Positions 19,701 to 28,692 are shown, counted from the first letter of the stretch. The stretch: 64,000 nucleotides of DNA from an uncultured Bacilli bacterium (GCA_947630575.1 CANRIB010000002.1:30725-94724), one strand, 5' to 3'. Notes: generated by a model from the letters alone, not told the origin. Numbers and translations are program-made.

Positions 19701-21146
19701 ATTTTCATCATAAATATAAATAGTTCCTTCTATTAAAGCATCTTCTAAATCATGCAATTTAAAACTTAAAGTTTTAGCTTCATCATTTAAATTAAACATA
19801 TTAACTGCCGGTATATCCTTCAATACCTCTTTTTTAAACACTAACTTACTACTAACTTCTTTTTGATTACTTAATAAAACATCCGTAATTACAAATTCAT
19901 ATTTACCAGATTTCGTTGGACTATCAATAGTAACAGAATAAATTCCATTATTAAATTCTACCGCGTAATACTTGCCATCAACTTTAACTTTTACTATTTT
20001 AGCATCTTTAGGAGTTATTGTGGCCTCAAAACTAAGCGTAACTTCCCCTTTTTTAACATAATTATTATCTTCCTTTATCTCATTTAAAATAACTTTACTA
20101 TTCTCTGTTACTTGTTCTGTAATATGGCCTGCATCATCAACATCAACTTTCCCATCCCCATCTACATCATGAGAAAAATTATCATCTTTATTTGTTGTTG
20201 GCTTTTTATTATTTGTTGGTTTCTTAGTATTACTAGGCTTTTTAACACTTTCATTTTGATTTCCTACTTTATCATTATTTGTATCATTATCTTCATTATT
20301 ATTTAAAGTATTATCATCTTGCTCCCTACCAACATTAATTAAATATTCAATAATTTCTTTTGCATCTTGATAATCTTTAACTCCATCATCATTAACATCT
20401 TTTTTCTGATTATGTACTCCGAGTAAAATACCCACGATAACTAAAACCGCAATTTCACATATCATTAAAAGATAAAATTGTTTTTTATTATTATATTTAA
20501 ATTTAACATATAAAATAGCTAAAAGTAAAATACCCGCCACACTTAAAAGACCAGTCATAAAAGGTATCACTGTTATTGTTTTTATGATATTTTCATTATC
20601 TTCCTCAATTTTATTTTCTGAATTATTTGGTAATGCTTCATCATCTACAGCATCACGAGTTACCATTAATTTAATAGATGTCGTAGGATAATTAATCATT
20701 TTACTACCATCAGAAGAAGAAATATTTGTTAAAGCAATATTGGTATTCCCCACATTTGCTTTATCTTTAACTTTTAAATGCACAGTAAAAAGATTATTGG
20801 AAGTATCCCCAGATTTATTAATTATTCCAAACTTATTATTATATTCATTATATGTAACATCTATCGTATCATTATTAACATCAAAATTTGTATCATCTAT
20901 TTTCTCAAAAACATTTTCATCAAATTTTAAAGTAGCAATAACCGCATATAATTTTTTATCTTTTGGAAAACTTGCTTTAACTACCAGCTCATCCCCAACT
21001 TCTAAAACATCTTTGTTAGCCCTTAATGTTACCGCATCACTTGCCTTCACATTTATGGGTATTAAAACCATCATTAATATAAATATTAACAAATATTTTA
21101 CTCTATCTTTCATAATGCCAAAACCCCTCCAAATAAATATGCTCAA
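13710..21146 (-). CDS. Giant (2478 aa) cell-surface zinc metalloprotease, M26/ZmpB/IgA-protease-like. It has an N-terminal signal, a cohesin-like domain, two TM helices, dockerin-like Ca-binding loops, about 10 Ig-like repeats, a parallel beta-helix region and a C-terminal HEXXH catalytic domain.
   Basis: HEXXH plus downstream Glu: HTWSHESAHNIDARLFLRNNGRRFDAGGEDYAD. Gly/Asn-rich beta-helix repeats (NSSIKANEVTDGTGIMFGD..., NSYINNSTIAGSWDAIGGIVGE...). Dockerin-like DVNDDGVKDYQDAKEI and HDVDGDGKVDVDDAGHI. The signal plus paired TM helices near the N-terminus match streptococcal Zmp proteins. The likely start is MKDRVKYLL. Confidence 0.6.
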   Translation of the reverse strand: MSIFIWRGFGIMKDRVKYLLIFILMMVLIPINVKASDAVTLRANKDVLEVGDELVVKASFPKDKKLYAVIATLKFDENVFEKIDDTNFDVNNDTIDVTYNEYNNKFGIINKSGDTSNNLFTVHLKVKDKANVGNTNIALTNISSSDGSKMINYPTTSIKLMVTRDAVDDEALPNNSENKIEEDNENIIKTITVIPFMTGLLSVAGILLLAILYVKFKYNNKKQFYLLMICEIAVLVIVGILLGVHNQKKDVNDDGVKDYQDAKEIIEYLINVGREQDDNTLNNNEDNDTNNDKVGNQNESVKKPSNTKKPTNNKKPTTNKDDNFSHDVDGDGKVDVDDAGHITEQVTENSKVILNEIKEDNNYVKKGEVTLSFEATITPKDAKIVKVKVDGKYYAVEFNNGIYSVTIDSPTKSGKYEFVITDVLLSNQKEVSSKLVFKKEVLKDIPAVNMFNLNDEAKTLSFKLHDLEDALIEGTIYIYDENNNKLMSEVLKSDNTIHYEFLEDKIYNIVVLATYDLDSDKTNKDNLYVEQEIFSHTFTLGGNYDFVLTDVGITDAIQKNEKPIVSFKSSNVKNVPIERATLTMKDNTNEYMITKVTGDLYEVELTDALTTPGKHTVTLDSVALRTLRTFLNEKDYHANTLTYNVLKTKPVVTNIELQDIKDTKSIKVNFKIQDGDNTLKGLKAVLVDSTGKIVVSKDIDDLVNNKEQEILLAYDKNTDGHYKVEFLGSYELGDKYTYTDTSIGEEEITIVNDIYIKRIEIKTPNTKYPTKGQKRYELSFYVYVGDSVQNDFKTNYNIGSNYTRLSAITINGLNYVAEQEKTDEANTYRSRVTLTVPDEAGILDIMANRVQLEYTSYYTKIHNFYTVLDNKITIDVLKDEPKIANLIINDDYLKGEVTFDFDVLLDKKAQDNDDSFKEGKIRLGDKEQEIKRGHNTITFLDVKKDENMDFSILASYDLDSDILEEAKDQNEYSNKEIFKAKYGLFSDSTYEDITINKGVALSKDNNKYFLKNEDVKLNFEIAGIKEELGVEPQKVIIDNKEYLLTKIEDKYQVMLNGYSSCGEKEVVITDIILNNGKKITLKEETKIKLEILKDVITISNFKYEILDNKQIKLTLEATDTDKSLVGNARVLIVDDKGQEKYNGSYQKEIRFVSLDNVLRYYVKVYVDYDRDIDMIEGSPNYYESAILLDEVISLDENNIELKDITDVSLYKVTEENGLEKVLLVDEINVQELKNNKDDYFVEVVMDSMPSVRAKIKMVVEENKHLFIVLDYQYVTKENTNKTRTIRIDFGEIKEGIVRNEFHPDKALKELLEKLNNNENVTLMRDYDASLINTDSEYYVLSYSGILDGNGHKIYNLDKQLFKELGANAEIKNLTIDKAKISGAVRGILANTATDVKIDNVHIYNSSIKANEVTDGTGIMFGDTKNSIIIEASSIVNSMASGGKRIGGFIGRSYNNVIVRNSYINNSTIAGSWDAIGGIVGEVDKATIENCYSKVELTTSSGTKAGFLGWTNNVNNTYLNNSVSFADGTGGYRVHGNGIKANNVYELEESKLASNQNSSINVISKKEINASFFKNTLHWDDSIWNLDGVSFDNPPIFKGEDFEVKSPYSDMQGYDSNKEILYENLTKLMPFYDKDKIINTAKYINDDYLDNKEISHIVPVDKTGGIVTYLTSDNVKKISKIKIVFKTKEKIEYDVRFDNTYDMVASYRIDKLGIDYNYNHYVIDANSQVVNNLTNYLSSLDYTNNLDILTSMDDSRIYRDFYNEVTSKELKEFVLKFLANSNYTNTTNNDGINSYIEREIKKDKKIEKVLYMYNYLRRFYDIDIDGMKLYDFVLFNMQGFDNSLTPLRITDLFFKDSNNFKTNETNTRYASVLGEYTNLKTIAKFLEYVVTEFSDKDMDIWTKEQFKGYLVEIPIKDHPEVQYTLWDHFSNEDANHKGNSYKPYNFILPILTLPKNAAYIISSPVQFIIGSERTYMVDPENPDEQVKFKRRVESYTTRMASYYDTAYKLLNDAQVFNDIHTFQTDKRYTYDINGSSTYQQPYTTSDPFHKNFNEVVGQWAYSDGNAAVAWGDRIDWSAEGLMDGNLIPEYGEVQEYTYHTWSHESAHNIDARLFLRNNGRRFDAGGEDYADSNLMQSFGPNDIVMNLSVYFDKDTQIGSNYTPERIDTPAEIYDYYNKVFKTIYVMDYIEAMAFLQLDPDDQANTAVQVSYPNEEKYGGSEYSKFRARQTTRYSYLDTKAFQDMHLSSIDDLINNRLMLYPGVYKVASRGSNSYGGEGLNSVHWYQPNNPDGRPDSYALKWIAYEMLGYAGYEKGYIEYNSNINYIRKEIYNNIDDPSKGVSYANYKTDTMALKTITEGKFEDFDTYKKYRFQETKDNLAKLNKVVNVKDYVQRFYDALIKDAEHYRTDVGKLLERKPTCISDYWCNRLELAPLLGLTESNQVRRDLYYALKKETDDFLDDIFLDTPQQDVSDLKVNKG

Positions 21147-21183
21147 TATTATCTCACATTTTTACATATTTTTCCACTATTTT

Positions 21184-21831
21184 TTACTTTTTTTCCATAA
21201 TTTTCAGCTTAGGAAACTTTTCTCGCATATATTGATCAGTATATACTTTATCAATTAATTGAAATATTTTATTAGAATTCCCTATTTCATTTGCTCTTGC
21301 ACTATATCTAATGGTCGCAACTATAGTTAAACTTACATCAAAAATCATAAATATCATTATAAAATAAGTCCCAAAATTATATATTTTTATTGGAATCTTA
21401 TTAATAATTTTTAATAAAAAAGGATAAAAATAATCTAATACTAAAACTGCGAGTACTCCCCAAATAAGACAATATGGAAGATAAAGCCTTTTACCCAAAC
21501 TAAGTTTAAATGCTGCATAATTCCAAGTAGAAGTTTTAAAAAAGACCTCTTGAAAAAGACTTCCAAAATATTCAAAAGCACTTCCAATAATCACCCCTAA
21601 TATAAATTTTTGCCATAACTTCTTATCCTGAAATTTATTCATAGTTAAAACAATAACCATTAATCCCAATCCATATATTGGTTTAAATGGCCCATAAAGA
21701 AGTCCCTGCTTATTAATAATTACTCCATGCTTTATAAAATACCAAATAGTTTCTAATATAAAACCCCCTAAACATCCAACCAAAAATAGCCAAACTAATT
21801 CTTTAATCGTGGGCCTCTTTTTTTCCATCAA
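21184..21831 (-). CDS. Integral membrane protein, possibly of the CmpB-like 'putative ABC-transporter type IV' family.
   Basis: 215 aa with 5-6 TM segments; motif GGFILETIWYF...GLLYGPFKPIYG. Confidence 0.4.
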   Translation of the reverse strand: MMEKKRPTIKELVWLFLVGCLGGFILETIWYFIKHGVIINKQGLLYGPFKPIYGLGLMVIVLTMNKFQDKKLWQKFILGVIIGSAFEYFGSLFQEVFFKTSTWNYAAFKLSLGKRLYLPYCLIWGVLAVLVLDYFYPFLLKIINKIPIKIYNFGTYFIMIFMIFDVSLTIVATIRYSARANEIGNSNKIFQLIDKVYTDQYMREKFPKLKIMEKK

Positions 21832-21908
21832 ATCACCTATTTATATATTAAAAATTATATCATGCAAAATAACTAATGTAAATTCTTTTTATTTATGATA
21901 CAATATGG

Positions 21909-22223
21909 ATGAGGTGTCTTATGAAAAAATATTATCAAACTTTATCTAAAGAAAAAAAGCAAGAAATAAAAAAGTTATATCAAAAAGAATATGCTAAAAC
22001 TGATTTAAATGCGCGCTTATCTAGACTATTAGTCTTTTCTATCTTAGGTATAATTAGTGCTATTATTATTTTAGTAATATCATTTAAATATGAAAAAGAA
22101 CATCTAACAAGTATTTTCTTAGCCATCATTTTAATTATTTCTGCCCTATTTTTTGCTTTAGGAAGAAATTATGTTAAAACCAATTTATTAAATAAAATAG
22201 CTTTAAAAAATAAAGAAAAATAA
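21909..22223 (+). CDS. Small hypothetical membrane protein (104 aa, two TM).
   Basis: Open frame with two hydrophobic helices; no recognisable motif. Confidence 0.4.
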   Translation: MRCLMKKYYQTLSKEKKQEIKKLYQKEYAKTDLNARLSRLLVFSILGIISAIIILVISFKYEKEHLTSIFLAIILIISALFFALGRNYVKTNLLNKIALKNKEK

Positions 22224-22257
22224 AAAAGCTATTTTATTTTTATAGCTTCTAATATTT

Positions 22258-22554
22258 TTATTTAATTTTTTCAATTAGTTCTAATATTTCACTTTTACTT
22301 CTAAAACCAATTATTTTATTTTTTTCTTCTCCATTTTTAAAGAAAACAACTGTTGGAATACTCATAACTCCAAATTTTTGAGCTAAATCTTCATGTTCAT
22401 CAACATTAATTTTTAAAACATTTTCTGGAATTTCTTCTAATATTGGTGCAAGCATCTTACATGGCCCACACCAATCAGCATAAAAATCTACTATCCAAAG
22501 CCCTTCTTTAATAACCTCTTGCATATTTTCATCTTTTAAATGTTTAACCATCAT
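22258..22554 (-). CDS. trxA: Thioredoxin.
   Basis: WCGPCK active site; 98 aa. Confidence 0.9.
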   Translation of the reverse strand: MMVKHLKDENMQEVIKEGLWIVDFYADWCGPCKMLAPILEEIPENVLKINVDEHEDLAQKFGVMSIPTVVFFKNGEEKNKIIGFRSKSEILELIEKIK

Positions 22555-23270
22555 TATCCCTCCTTAAATGAATCTAATATACTTTGTGCTCCTGTAAAAC
22601 TTAATCTATGACTATCAATTAATTTTTGTGTAACCTCCGGTGTTACCACTTCATAATCTAACATTATAGCTAAAATTTCACAATTATAAGCATCTTTATT
22701 AGTATTATCTTTATATTTATCTCTTAAACTATTAATATCTTGTATAGCCTTATAAGTATCATTTACCATTGTTCCAATTATTGGTGTTTTATCAATAATA
22801 CTGGTTGCTATTGTACTACTTGTAATATATTCACTAGTAACATTAAATTGCAACAATACAAACAAAACAATAAAACTAAAAACTAAAGATTCCACAAATC
22901 CCAAAACTGCCCCAATAATCTTTGATGGAATTCCTAAAATAATCGTGGCATTTAATATTTTTTCTACTATCCCTGATAACTTAATTACTAATGATAAAAT
23001 ACTATATAAAACCACAAAAGCTAAAACATACGCAACTGCCTCATATAATAAAATATTTAATGTTATAAGACCATTCCAACTACCACTAAAATTTAAAAAT
23101 GGCACATACTGAAACATTATCTCGGCAACTGGATTCTTTAAATAATAAGCCGCGACCACCACTATTAAAGTTCCAAGCAATGCCACTAAACTTCTAATTG
23201 CTCCTTTTTTAAAACCTAAAACTGCCCCCAATAACAAAAACAATATTACTATCGCATCTACTATTGTCAA
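22554..23270 (-). CDS. CvpA-family membrane protein (colicin V production protein-like).
   Basis: The N-terminal pattern MTIVDAIVILFLLLGAVLGFKKGAIRSLVALLGTLIVV is typical of CvpA; multiple TM segments. Confidence 0.7.
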   Translation of the reverse strand: MTIVDAIVILFLLLGAVLGFKKGAIRSLVALLGTLIVVVAAYYLKNPVAEIMFQYVPFLNFSGSWNGLITLNILLYEAVAYVLAFVVLYSILSLVIKLSGIVEKILNATIILGIPSKIIGAVLGFVESLVFSFIVLFVLLQFNVTSEYITSSTIATSIIDKTPIIGTMVNDTYKAIQDINSLRDKYKDNTNKDAYNCEILAIMLDYEVVTPEVTQKLIDSHRLSFTGAQSILDSFKEG

Positions 23271-23357
23271 TTAAATCACACTCCTACTATAATTATATAC
23301 TAAAGTTTTTGAAAAATAAAGTAATATATGTTATTATATTTATAAAGAGGTGTCAAA

Positions 23358-24290
23358 ATGACTATAGTATTTAAAATAAGTGAAAACATAAAACCATTAA
23401 TGATGGAATTCTATAAAGGACGCATGGAAGAAAAAACTCCCCCATATTCCATATTCCAAGTAAAAGACTTTGACTGTGTAATTACCCTTTATGAATCTGG
23501 CAAAGTCATGTTTCAAGGAATTGGAGCCGACATAGAAGCTAGTTACTGGATTGAAGAAGAACGCATCAAAAATGGTCGAATTATTGATATAAGTGGTAAA
23601 GAAAAAGAAAAGAAAGAAGAAAAAAAATTCTTTCTAAATATGAGTACTATTGGCTCAGACGAAGTAGGAACTGGTGATTTCTTTGGCCCTATTGTTGTTA
23701 CTGCAACTTATGTATCTAAAGAAAATATTCCCTTTTTAACTAAACTTGGCGTAAGAGATTCCAAAAAAATAACTGATGCTAAAATAATAAAAATAGCTCC
23801 GGAAATAATCAAAAATATTCCTTATACTACCTATATATTAACTAATGAATCTTACAATAAAAATTGGAGCGAAGATATTAATATGAATAAAATTAAAGCT
23901 ATCCTTCACAACAAAGTATTATTTTCTCTTAAAAATAAAAACTTTGCCTATGATAAAATTGTTGTCGACCAATTTGTTTATCCTCAAAAATATTATGAAC
24001 ATATTGCTAGTGCCAAAGACAAAGTTACCGACATCACCTTTATGACTAAAGCCGAAGACAAATGTTTAAGTGTTGCTGCTGCCTCTATTATTTCTCGCTA
24101 TATATTTTTAAAAGAAATGAAAAAACTAAGCACCACTTACAACATCAATATTCCCAAAGGTGCCGGCCCTTTAGTTGATGAAGTAGGTATTAAAATTGCT
24201 AAAGAATATGGCTTTGATAAATTAAAAGAAATAGCTAAACTTAATTTCAAAAATAAAGACAAAATAAAAAGTGGTTTAAAAAATAATTAA
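23358..24290 (+). CDS. rnhC: Ribonuclease HIII.
   Basis: RNase HII/HIII catalytic motif DEVGTGDFFGP preceded by an N-terminal domain of about 90 aa (HIII type); 310 aa. Confidence 0.8.
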   Translation: MTIVFKISENIKPLMMEFYKGRMEEKTPPYSIFQVKDFDCVITLYESGKVMFQGIGADIEASYWIEEERIKNGRIIDISGKEKEKKEEKKFFLNMSTIGSDEVGTGDFFGPIVVTATYVSKENIPFLTKLGVRDSKKITDAKIIKIAPEIIKNIPYTTYILTNESYNKNWSEDINMNKIKAILHNKVLFSLKNKNFAYDKIVVDQFVYPQKYYEHIASAKDKVTDITFMTKAEDKCLSVAAASIISRYIFLKEMKKLSTTYNINIPKGAGPLVDEVGIKIAKEYGFDKLKEIAKLNFKNKDKIKSGLKNN

Positions 24291-24299
24291 CCACTTTTT

Positions 24300-25250
24300 T
24301 CATGCACAAATATCCATAATAAAGAGCTCTAAACCTATAAATTTATCCACTTTACCACTTTTAATATCTAAATCCAACTGTGCTAGCTTAATTATAATAC
24401 TTTCCAATTCTTTTATTTTATAAGGAAATACTTTATTAAGATATTTATTAAACTGCCAATCAGCTAAACCTAAATTATTCATCATTTCATATTCTCGCAT
24501 ACCCTTTTTTTGCATATCTTTAATATTAAACATAATTCTAAAATCTCTTGCTAAAAGAGCTAATAATACTGTTGGTTCAACTTTCATAATCTTTAAATCA
24601 TTTAATAAACTTAAACTTTTTTCTAAATTATTATCTACCACAGCATCTACAAACAAAAAATTATTTGTATTTATTGATTTAGATACAATATTAATTATAT
24701 CATTATAATTAATTATCGTCGGTTCATTATAATATAATATTATTTTTTCTGCTTCTTGCATAATCATATCATAATTATTTAAACAATTATTAATAATATA
24801 CTTTAATATTTCCGAAGATACTTGAAATTTTTTCTTTTCAAAAAATTCCCTTAATCTATTTTCAATTTCATATGGTTTTAAACTAGGAATAACTATCAAA
24901 GAATACTTATCTTTAACTACTTTAGTTATTTTTTTACGCATATCTATTTTATCATAGGAAATAAAAATTATTACAGAATTATTATTAGGCTTCTCTAAAT
25001 AATTAAATAGCATTTCACTTTCTTTATCCTTAATTTTTCCCTGCCCAAAAAAATCTGCATTTTTAACAATAATATATTTAACTTCATCAAACATTGAAAA
25101 ATAGCCAGCTTCCAAAATAACTTCTTCCATTGTATTCTCATTTAAATCAAATGTTGTTACATTCTGACTATTTTTAACTATTTCATTTACTTTTTCATTT
25201 ATTAATAAAAAACTATCACTACTAATTACATATACTTTCATAAATACCAC
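24300..25250 (-). CDS. holA: DNA polymerase III subunit delta.
   Basis: 316 aa; positioned immediately downstream of comEC as in the Firmicute comEA-comEC-holA arrangement; N-terminus YVISSDSFLLINEKVNEI. Confidence 0.65.
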   Translation of the reverse strand: MVFMKVYVISSDSFLLINEKVNEIVKNSQNVTTFDLNENTMEEVILEAGYFSMFDEVKYIIVKNADFFGQGKIKDKESEMLFNYLEKPNNNSVIIFISYDKIDMRKKITKVVKDKYSLIVIPSLKPYEIENRLREFFEKKKFQVSSEILKYIINNCLNNYDMIMQEAEKIILYYNEPTIINYNDIINIVSKSINTNNFLFVDAVVDNNLEKSLSLLNDLKIMKVEPTVLLALLARDFRIMFNIKDMQKKGMREYEMMNNLGLADWQFNKYLNKVFPYKIKELESIIIKLAQLDLDIKSGKVDKFIGLELFIMDICA

Positions 25251-25332
25251 AATCCCATTATAACATTAAAACACTAAAAGATATAGCTAAGACTTTCATT
25301 TTCTCATTTATCTTCACTATTTTTATAAATAC

Positions 25333-27420
25333 TTAAGGCTCATAAGTTTTAATTTTTAATTTATCACTTATTTCAATTTCAATCGTCCCATTTATATCTG
25401 TCCGATATATTTTACTATTCCTAAAATTATCCAACACTTCAGCATTAGGATGTCCATATCTATTATTTCTTCCTACTGATATTATCGCATATTTAGGTTC
25501 AATTGTATTAATAAAATCTTTCCCTGAAGAAGTATTAGACCCATGATGTCCAACTTTCAAAAAATCAATATTTGAAATCTTATATTTAGCCATAATATCT
25601 TGCTCTCGCTTAACTCCAGCATCTCCCATAAATAAAAAACTAAAATTATTACATTTAAAATACAAAACATTAGAACTATCATTTTCATTATCATATTTCC
25701 CTGTATTTAAAAATAATATTTTATTTTTATCTATATCTAATTGTTCTATATTTTTAAAACATTTAATTTTCTTTTTCTTTAAAACTTCTATTAAACTAGA
25801 CTCTAAATCATTATAGCTATCATTATTTAAAATAACTTGCTCTACTCTAAAATGTTTAACCAAATTATTTGCTTCTCCCATATGATCCATATCCCCATGC
25901 GACATGATTAAATAATCTATCTTTGATATTCCTAAACTTTTCATAAAAGTAATTGTATTATCACTTAATTGATAATTACTATTTCTTAATTGCCAATCTT
26001 CTTTATTATAAGTAACTTTACCTCCTGTATCAATCATTATAACTTTTTTCTTATCAGTAACATATAAAGCTGAATCACCCTGTCCTACATCTAAATAATA
26101 TATATAAGCATTATTATTCATATAAGGTAATAATTTATAAAAAACTATTAATATAACTAACAATAGACTATATTTAAAGCCCTTTTTATACATTAACCAA
26201 ATAATTAAATAATAAATAATTATAAATATAATATTAATTTTAGGAACAACAATATTAATACTTAATTTACTAACAAATATACTTATAATTTCTAATACTT
26301 TAAATCCCCAACTTAATAATATTTCTAAAAAAGGAAAAACAAAAGTAAAAAGAGTTAAAGGAAACAAAATTAAACTAACTAAAGGAACAATTAAAATATT
26401 ATTAAATATCGTTAACAAATTAAATTCATAAAAATTATAAAGTGTCACTGGTAAACTAAAAAGAAACGCAATAAAACTTACTTTTAAAAGTGTAACAACA
26501 TAATTACCCTTAATTTTTTTACTAAACAAAATAAGTCCAAAAGATGTCAAAAAAGAATAAATAAAACCTAAATCATAAACATAAAAAGGATTAATTATAA
26601 CTAATAATAAAAATAGTAAATATAAAACATTTAAAGTAGGTAATTTTAAATTAACTTTCTTATTTAACATTAAAAATAAATATAACAAACTAGCTCTAAC
26701 CACTGAAGCTGTAAAGCCAATCAAAAACATATAAAAAGCCAAAAATAAACCAACTATTATATTAATTTTATTTTCTTTCAATTTTAATTTTTTAAGTAAA
26801 CTATTTATTGCCAAAACCAAAAAACTAATATGCATCCCTGATACTGCAAATAAATGTGTTACTCCATTAGTCTGAAAAGATTTATAAACATCTCCATCAA
26901 TATTACTTTTATTTCCCAAAATAAATGCTTCCATATAAGAAGAAATTAAATTATAACTCTTAACTCTCTTAAAAAAAGCATTTTTAATTTCATATAAAAA
27001 AGAAACTTCATTATTCTTAATTCTTAATGATTTAGCATTAAAAATATAAAATATTTTCTTATTATATAAATATTTCTTATAATTAAAAGTATTAGGAATA
27101 GTATTATTAGTCGGTAAAGAAAAAACTCCCTCCAAAACTAAAGTACTACCAAGCTTCAAATTATTTTTAACTTCTTTTAATTCTTCTTCAGTCTTAAAAT
27201 AATAATTAACTTGCACTTTTTCTTTTGCATCTAATTCTAAACTTAACTTATCACCATCAATTTTAAAATTAATTAGCTTTCCCTCAATTATTGTTTCTTC
27301 ACCTGTATATTTTGAGTAATATTTAATCACATTAGTAAATAAAAACACATATAAAACTAAAAAAATTAAACTTATTATGAAAAATGTCTTAGACTGTAAT
27401 AAATTCTTTAATCTTAGCAA
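25333..27420 (-). CDS. comEC: DNA internalization-related competence protein ComEC/Rec2.
   Basis: Polytopic competence membrane domain plus a C-terminal metallo-beta-lactamase motif (SHGDMDHMG). Confidence 0.9.
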   Translation of the reverse strand: MLRLKNLLQSKTFFIISLIFLVLYVFLFTNVIKYYSKYTGEETIIEGKLINFKIDGDKLSLELDAKEKVQVNYYFKTEEELKEVKNNLKLGSTLVLEGVFSLPTNNTIPNTFNYKKYLYNKKIFYIFNAKSLRIKNNEVSFLYEIKNAFFKRVKSYNLISSYMEAFILGNKSNIDGDVYKSFQTNGVTHLFAVSGMHISFLVLAINSLLKKLKLKENKINIIVGLFLAFYMFLIGFTASVVRASLLYLFLMLNKKVNLKLPTLNVLYLLFLLLVIINPFYVYDLGFIYSFLTSFGLILFSKKIKGNYVVTLLKVSFIAFLFSLPVTLYNFYEFNLLTIFNNILIVPLVSLILFPLTLFTFVFPFLEILLSWGFKVLEIISIFVSKLSINIVVPKINIIFIIIYYLIIWLMYKKGFKYSLLLVILIVFYKLLPYMNNNAYIYYLDVGQGDSALYVTDKKKVIMIDTGGKVTYNKEDWQLRNSNYQLSDNTITFMKSLGISKIDYLIMSHGDMDHMGEANNLVKHFRVEQVILNNDSYNDLESSLIEVLKKKKIKCFKNIEQLDIDKNKILFLNTGKYDNENDSSNVLYFKCNNFSFLFMGDAGVKREQDIMAKYKISNIDFLKVGHHGSNTSSGKDFINTIEPKYAIISVGRNNRYGHPNAEVLDNFRNSKIYRTDINGTIEIEISDKLKIKTYEP

Positions 27421-28156
27421 GTAATGCTTCTCCTATTCCATTAACATTTAAAAGATCAGTAACACTTTTAAAAGGTCCAGATTTAGCTCGATAATCTATT
27501 ATAGCATCAGCTTTAGATTCCCCTATACCCTTAATACTTGTAAGTTCTGCTTTGGTTGCCGTATTAATATTTATAGGAGAATTACTATCTGAACTATCAG
27601 TCTTATCTTCTTCTTTTGTAGTCGAATTATCTTCTGTGACATTATTGTTATTATTTGGTTTAGTTTCAATTACACTTTCTTTATCCGAAACACAATCACA
27701 TATATCATAAGTTGGAGCTTCACAAGAACTTAAAGCCGCATCTTTAGCATCTTCCTTTTCTTCTTTATCTTTTATTTCAGTCTTAGTATATACATAAATA
27801 ACCATTTCATCAGTTACTTTTTTACTAAGATTAATCCCATTTTTATAGGCATTAGAATTAAAACCACCCGCAAGCTTTATAACATCATTTATAATTGCAC
27901 CATTATCTACCACATAAACACCAGGAGTCTTAACAGCCCCTTTAATATCTACATTTAATTTGGCTTCTATTTTCTCTTCTTGTTCTTCTTTTTCTTCATC
28001 ATTATTAATAGCTACCATAGAAACATCATCTCTATCTTTATCTTCTTCCCCATCATGATAAAAATTATAGCCAATTAATCCTAGACAAATCATTATTAAA
28101 AGAAACAATCCCAAATCTTTAACATGGCTTTTAACCCAAAATAAAATATTTTGCAT
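27389..28156 (-). CDS. comEA: Competence protein ComEA (DNA receptor, helix-hairpin-helix).
   Basis: N-terminal TM and C-terminal tandem HhH (NINTATKAELTSIKGIGESKADAIIDYR...LLNVNGIGEALLAKI). Confidence 0.85.
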   Translation of the reverse strand: MQNILFWVKSHVKDLGLFLLIMICLGLIGYNFYHDGEEDKDRDDVSMVAINNDEEKEEQEEKIEAKLNVDIKGAVKTPGVYVVDNGAIINDVIKLAGGFNSNAYKNGINLSKKVTDEMVIYVYTKTEIKDKEEKEDAKDAALSSCEAPTYDICDCVSDKESVIETKPNNNNNVTEDNSTTKEEDKTDSSDSNSPININTATKAELTSIKGIGESKADAIIDYRAKSGPFKSVTDLLNVNGIGEALLAKIKEFITV

Positions 28157-28213
28157 GAATATACCTCCTTTCCAAGCATATCATAACAAAATATCTTAAT
28201 ATGTGCAAAATAC

Positions 28214-28260
28214 AGATTTTACAAAATTATCTAAGCAGATTTTATAAAATTGTCTAGCAG
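28214..28260. repeat. Imperfect tandem direct repeat, AGCAGATTTTAYAAAATTRTCTA x2, in the comEA upstream region.
   Basis: cagattttacaaaattatctaagcagattttataaaattgtctagcag, about 60-100 nt upstream of the comEA start. Confidence 0.45.
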
Positions 28261-28293
28261 AAACTATAAATTCTACTTACTAAAACTATAATT

Positions 28294-28692
28294 TTAATAT
28301 TTTTTATTTTTTTTAAATAAAAGTGTAAAAAAAAGTAAAATAAAAAGAAAACAAACCACCCCAATACTAGGAGCAACATATAAAGCAGGCTTATCTGCAC
28401 TAACATTTAAAGTTGTTTGATTATTATCAATCATACTTATATTAGTAGTTTTTTCTTTATACACTTTAAAATAATAACTCATTTGCTCTTTATCATTATA
28501 AACCGTAAAAATAACCTCATTTAACCCCTCTTCTAAATTATTACCATAAACACTAAGACTATAACCATCATCTATCTTATATTCATACTTCAATTCCTTA
28601 TCGTCATTAACAACATTAACTGTATAATTCGTATTTAAAGAATCAAAATCTAAAGCCATCTCGCCATTTAATATCTTCAAATCTTTAAGCAT
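28294..28692 (-). CDS. Small extracytoplasmic protein with a cadherin-like beta-sandwich-type motif and a C-terminal TM anchor.
   Basis: LNGEMALDFDSLNTNYTVNV resembles the cadherin-like beta-sandwich domain signature; C-terminal hydrophobic segment IGVVCFLFILLFFTLLF. The ATG at 28692 (MLKDLK) is chosen because the track start at 28743 is a TTG. Confidence 0.45.
   Translation of the reverse strand: MLKDLKILNGEMALDFDSLNTNYTVNVVNDDKELKYEYKIDDGYSLSVYGNNLEEGLNEVIFTVYNDKEQMSYYFKVYKEKTTNISMIDNNQTTLNVSADKPALYVAPSIGVVCFLFILLFFTLLFKKNKKY

Noticed and set aside
14031-21258. Track ORFs 14031..14255, 20112..20306 and 20740..21258 on the plus strand.
   Set aside because: All lie antisense within the giant metalloprotease gene or the adjacent membrane-protein gene. 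Their hydrophobic I/F-rich translations are AT-rich antisense artefacts.
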